From: a bacterium
Lineage (GTDB): Bacteria > Hinthialibacterota > Hinthialibacteria > Hinthialibacterales > Hinthialibacteraceae
NCBI GenBank assembly: GCA_963663405.2
Contig: CAXXSM010000170.1
Coordinates: 1 to 11,909, forward strand
DNA: 11,909 nt
Reading direction: 5' to 3'
The stretch's first letter is position 1; each line of letters starts with the position of its first letter. Positions 7,887-11,909 of this stretch are shown here, piece after piece. The notes beneath the pieces are model-generated. The model searched no databases. It was not told the DNA's origin and saw nothing but the letters and a program-made list of their open reading frames with translations. The position numbers were made by a program, and so were the translations under genes.

Positions 7887-9356
7887 ATGAATTACACAAC
7901 GATTAAGAAAACGATCGTGGTTGTAAGTCTGCTAGCCATGCTGGGGTTGTATTTGGTATGTGCGACACAAGCCGAGGCGCCGAAACCGATTGCGCTGCAT
8001 CCAGAGAATCCACATTATTTTATATGGCATGACAAACCACAGATTTTAATAACATCGGGTGAACATTATGGGGCGCTGCTGAACCTGGATTTTGACTACG
8101 TTACATATTTTGAAGAATTGAAATCACATGGATTGAATCACACACGCACATTTTCCGGTGTATATCGCGAGATCCCATCGTCGTTCAAAATAACGGATAA
8201 TACCCTTGCGCCTAAACCAGATCGATTCGTCTGCCCGTGGGCGCGTAGCGATCAAGCCGGGTATTTTGACGGTGGGGCTAAGTTCGATTTGGCGCGCTGG
8301 GATGAGGCGTACTTCGAGCGGTTAAAAGACTTCATGAAAGAGGCGCAGCGTTGCGGGATCGTGGTTGAATTGACCTTGTTTTGTCCCATGTACAATGATG
8401 AGTTGTGGAAAGCCTGCCCCATGAATGAAGCGAACAACATCAATGGCATTGGTCTATGTCCCAGCAAGGAAGTCTATACGCTGAAACATCAAAAACTGCT
8501 GGACGCGCAAATCGCTGTGACGAGAAAGATTGTTCGCGAACTACGTGATTTTGATAATCTCTATTATGAGGTTTGCAACGAACCCTATTTTGGCGGTGTG
8601 ACAATGGAATGGCAGCGCCGAATTGTGGATACTATCGTTGCGGTGGAAAAAGACTTTCCTGAAAAACACCTTATTTCGATGAATATTGCAAACGGCCGTC
8701 AGAAGGTCGAAGATCCTCACTCCGGAGTGTCGATCTTTAATTTCCATTATTGTGTTCCACCTGATACAGTGGCGATGAACTATGAACTGAACAAAGTGAT
8801 CGGCGAAAATGAAACCGGCTTTCGGGGCAAAGCGGATGTGCTCTACCGGACTGAAGGATGGGATTTCCTATTGGCGGGAGGGGCGTTGTACAACAATCTC
8901 GATTATTCGTTCACACCCAAGCATACTGGTGGAACGTTTCGGGACTATCAATCTCCAGGTGGAGGAAGCGTCGAACTTCGCCAGCAACTCGGAATACTCA
9001 AACGTTTCCTTTATCGTTTTGATTTTGTGCGCATGAAACCGGATACATCCGTTGTACGCAGTCTGACTCCAGAACTGGCGGGCAGCGCATTATCAGAATC
9101 CGGTAAATCGTACGCGATTTACATTCATGTTCCTTTGCCAAAGAATCCAAAGGATCTTCAGAAACAACTCCGTGAAGATATTGAAGCGGAGATTACACTT
9201 TCGCTTCCATCTGGTTCCTATAAAGCGAAGTGGATCGATACAAAAACGGGCGAAATTACAAAACGCGAGACATTCGAGCATCGAGAACAAGAGAAGTGTC
9301 TCGTTTCACCCCGCTTTGATAACGATATTGCTTTACATATAAACCATCATGATTGA
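7887..9356 (+). CDS. Secreted clan GH-A (GH5/cellulase-like TIM-barrel) glycoside hydrolase with a small C-terminal beta domain
   Basis: GAGGAG RBS at 7871-7876 and a signal peptide. LHPENPHYF, FDLARWDEAYFERLKDF, acid/base motif YEVCNEP, NFHY, candidate nucleophile IGENETG, and C-terminal LPSGSYKAKWIDTKTGE. Confidence 0.75.
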   Translation: MNYTTIKKTIVVVSLLAMLGLYLVCATQAEAPKPIALHPENPHYFIWHDKPQILITSGEHYGALLNLDFDYVTYFEELKSHGLNHTRTFSGVYREIPSSFKITDNTLAPKPDRFVCPWARSDQAGYFDGGAKFDLARWDEAYFERLKDFMKEAQRCGIVVELTLFCPMYNDELWKACPMNEANNINGIGLCPSKEVYTLKHQKLLDAQIAVTRKIVRELRDFDNLYYEVCNEPYFGGVTMEWQRRIVDTIVAVEKDFPEKHLISMNIANGRQKVEDPHSGVSIFNFHYCVPPDTVAMNYELNKVIGENETGFRGKADVLYRTEGWDFLLAGGALYNNLDYSFTPKHTGGTFRDYQSPGGGSVELRQQLGILKRFLYRFDFVRMKPDTSVVRSLTPELAGSALSESGKSYAIYIHVPLPKNPKDLQKQLREDIEAEITLSLPSGSYKAKWIDTKTGEITKRETFEHREQEKCLVSPRFDNDIALHINHHD

Positions 9357-9472
9357 GATGACAACTAGCAAATGAAAATGAGTTGAGAGAGTCATCACGA
9401 ATTAAAAAGCCTTCATATAAATCAGAAGGAATAAACAACAGGTATCTTGATTTCTTTTACTTTGGGAAGGAT

Positions 9473-11013
9473 TCATTGTATGGGGGGATATGCTTTCTCA
9501 AATGTGAGTGAGATTTCTTCTAAATCGGCGCCCAGTTTGACCGGGCGGATAAATTCTGGATCGGGAAATAAACGTTCTTGGTTCGTCATGAGAAACGACA
9601 GGTAGACCGCCGGCGCCGTCTCTGTTTTGATAATCCGTCCATTCTCCAGTTGGGCAAGAAGAAAGACATGTGCAAGACCGAATTCCTTTCGATCAGGATT
9701 TTCTACGAGCAGTGTGTTTGTTCTGCGTAATCCAGTCACGGCTTCAGGGGAGAGCGGGATTTCCATCATGTTCCAAAACGGTGAACCGGCTCCCTTCTTT
9801 GACATTACACAGATCCCCGCGGGAACGCCGTTGATTTTCAATGGCGCGTATATCTCATTGGTTTGAGTCCAAGGGGCGATGTAACACCACGCCCGTTTAA
9901 TATGGAGCAAGTCTTCTTCACGAATCTTATCCACTGTCGGGGGAACTAGGTTCTATTGTATTCACTAAATGCCCAGGTTGAGTCCATTCGTAAGAATGCC
10001 GGATTCCTTCACCAAACACGAACCAATCTACGGTAACTTTACGGCCCTGTACTGTTTACAAGATTGTAACTGCTGGTACCATCCTTCTAGATAGCCCCCA
10101 ATAGTATTTGAGTTCATCAGGTGGAATGAAAATACACCGTGACTCATCAAGCGGCAGCAGTCCTGGGCGGATTGGATTGTCTGACTTCTGGCGAATGTGT
10201 TTGAGGAAAGGCGCCAGTTGTAAGAGACGGCCTTCTTCCACCGTGGCGCAGCCTCATGATTTGTGTAAGAGGCTTGTCGTCAATGAGTCGTACCGTAACC
10301 GAGCTATTATGAGTATGTCCACAGAAATACGCGTCAACACCGTAACGGACAAGTAACTTTGCGAACGGAACAGAATACGTTTGATTTCGTAAAACCAGAC
10401 CGTGAGACAATCCAAAGTGGATAATGCCCCGCTGCAAAGATATGTTCGATTTTTGTATTATTGATAGCCGCTTTCAGATCCTTCTCCGCCCATGTAATCT
10501 GTTTCGAAAAATCACGCTGCATGCAGTCGAGGATTATAAAGTGGCAATTACTTTGATCAAAGGAAAAGTAACTCGCGTTGATGGTTCGCCCCAGCTGTTT
10601 TGAGAAAATAGGCCAAGCGTTTTTCTCAAAGGGCTTCGCGTCGGTCATGATTTCCAATGGCGATGTAGAAACGGCAATCCTATCGTAGAAGAAAAATGTT
10701 GAAACGCATACGCCGCTTCCGCTTTCAAGTCCGTATCATTTTCGGCGTGGAAAAAATCTCCGGTTTGAAGTAGGAATGACGGGCGTGGACGGAGTGTCGC
10801 CAATTCACCCGCCACTGGTTCGACAAAGTAATCTCCAACGGTATAGCTGGGAATTTTATAATGAACGTCACCAACGACGGCGAACCGCAGTTTCGGCGTC
10901 TCCGCCGTGAGCGCATGATGACCTACGCCGGGGAGTAAGAGCGCTAAACATGCGGTATGGGAAAGCAGCCATTTTCTCATTGTTCTTTCCTGCCGTTTAA
11001 ATGTAGTACCCAT
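9473..11013 (-). pseudogene. Secreted calcineurin-like metallophosphoesterase with an uncharacterised C-terminal region; one gene of ~510 aa broken by 8 apparent +1 frameshifts
   Basis: ATG 11013 with AGGAGG RBS (11021-11026) and a signal peptide. All five metallophosphoesterase motifs occur in order across frames: GDVH, TGDFF, GNHD (10655-10644, in a frame absent from the ORF track), GHYP and GHTHN. It joins ORFs 10645..11013, 10334..10657, 10147..10437, 10056..10241 and 9473..9934. Removing 8 nt from 1541 nt gives 1533 nt, i.e. 511 codons. Confidence 0.8.
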
Positions 11014-11291
11014 TGTAAATCCTCCTATTGATACAACAACTATGGAAATTGTGTATCCAATCGGTAATTTTCATTGTATGTGTAGACTTTCTGATTTCAT
11101 TAATCAAGTCATTGATCACTTACTTATTAATCTGAAATTAACCATTTGAGCTGGGTATTGTCGAAAAAAGAATAATGCCTTCAGCCTATGAAAGAAAGGC
11201 CGTCTCGCGTTACAATGAAACTTGTCGTTACGCTGAAAACATTGTGGATCGTCCGGATGCGGATCGATCGGCGGATAGGGAGAATCGTTTT

Positions 11292-11909
11292 ATGGGTATT
11301 CAGTTTGTATTCATATTCATTCTTACAGTAATGTTACCATTCCATTCCTTCGCACAAAACCAAATTCCAACACGCTCTGAGACCGAAGCGGCGTTGCGCA
11401 AGGCTGTTACTTTTTTTCATGAGAAAGCATCCATGCAAGGTGGGTATGTATGGCGGTACAGCGCTGAACTATCCAAACGGGAAGGCGAAGGAAAAGTAGG
11501 GGAGACAACAGCGTGGACCCAGCCGCCGGGCACTCCTTATGTTGGTGAAGCGCTGCTGGAGTTGTACAACCTGACCGGCGATCGCTTCTACTTGAACACC
11601 GCACGAGAGACGGCGATGGCGTTGGCACGCTGTCAGCTGCATTCTGGTGGGTGGTATAATCAACTCGAATTCGATCCAGAGGCGCGGCGCCGCTACGCTT
11701 ATCGAGCTGATGGCGCGCCGGCAAAAAATGCGAGAAACACAACAACGCTTGATGATGATATGACGCAATCCGCGCTCCGCTTTCTTGTGAAATACGATCG
11801 TGAAACACAGTTTGCGGATGAGACAATCCATGAAGCGGCGCTTTATGGATTGGACAGTTTGCTAAAAGCGCAGTTTCCCAATGGTGGGTGGCCACATGTT
11901 TATGATAAA
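11292..11909 (+). CDS. Secreted pectate lyase PL10-like (pectic acid lyase) protein, 3'-truncated by the window edge
   Basis: Not in the ORF track because it has no stop. Manual translation from ATG 11292 (GGGAGA RBS at 11278-11283) is open for 206 codons: MGIQFVFIFILTVMLPFHSFA-QNQ..GGYVWRYS..WTQPPGTPYVGEALL..QLHSGGW..TTTLDDDMTQSALRFL..LLKAQFPNGGWP. The last two motifs parallel PL10 TIDN..T..E.RFL and AQYPNGGWPQ. Confidence 0.8.
   Translation, partial: MGIQFVFIFILTVMLPFHSFAQNQIPTRSETEAALRKAVTFFHEKASMQGGYVWRYSAELSKREGEGKVGETTAWTQPPGTPYVGEALLELYNLTGDRFYLNTARETAMALARCQLHSGGWYNQLEFDPEARRRYAYRADGAPAKNARNTTTLDDDMTQSALRFLVKYDRETQFADETIHEAALYGLDSLLKAQFPNGGWPHVYDK

Noticed and set aside
9357-9472. 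Bidirectional terminator between the convergent GH and phosphoesterase genes
   Set aside because: I could not find a convincing GC-rich stem with a U-tract by eye.
892-10916. Other small ORFs (60-154 aa) nested in or antisense to the called genes
   Set aside because: They have no recognisable motifs and overlap better-supported CDSs.
9473-11013. Programmed ribosomal frameshifting or phase variation as the cause of the split phosphoesterase
   Set aside because: There are eight sites in short runs (5 nt or fewer), without canonical slippery heptamers or long SSRs; sequencing error is far more parsimonious.
11407-11895. Minus-strand ORFs of 162 aa and 120 aa
   Set aside because: They are antisense to the PL10-like gene, which has an RBS, a signal peptide and family motifs.
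1-11909. CRISPR arrays, tRNA/rRNA, transposases/integrases, defence or toxin-antitoxin genes (including reading the HD protein as a Cas3-type HD nuclease)
   Set aside because: No regularly spaced repeats, RNA-gene signatures or recombinase motifs were seen. The HD protein carries Ppx/GppA-type motifs and has no cas neighbours.

Overview
Bacterial window of about 11.9 kb (probably a metagenomic or long-read assembly), mostly encoding secreted proteins. Left to right: (-) a frameshifted lamin-tail-domain (LTD) secreted protein running off the left edge; (-) a stand-alone Ppx/GppA-type HD-domain protein; (+) a short sigma-70 protein with region 4 only, a FecR-type membrane anti-sigma/sensor, and a secreted beta-propeller protein ending in TAISNWRLF. 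Then a (+) run of an M14 zinc carboxypeptidase-family enzyme, a heparinase II/III-like lyase and a clan GH-A (GH5-like) hydrolase; a (-) secreted calcineurin-like metallophosphoesterase split by eight apparent +1 frameshifts; and a (+) PL10-like pectate lyase running off the right edge and absent from the ORF track. I saw no RNA genes, CRISPR arrays or mobile elements. The most interesting items are the sigma4-only/FecR/propeller module with no TonB-dependent receptor in view, a candidate C-terminal sorting motif, and a SusC/D-free glycan-degradation cluster containing an M14 enzyme. All frameshifts can be explained as insertions and look like sequencing error. Family calls come from motifs read by eye; no database search was run.
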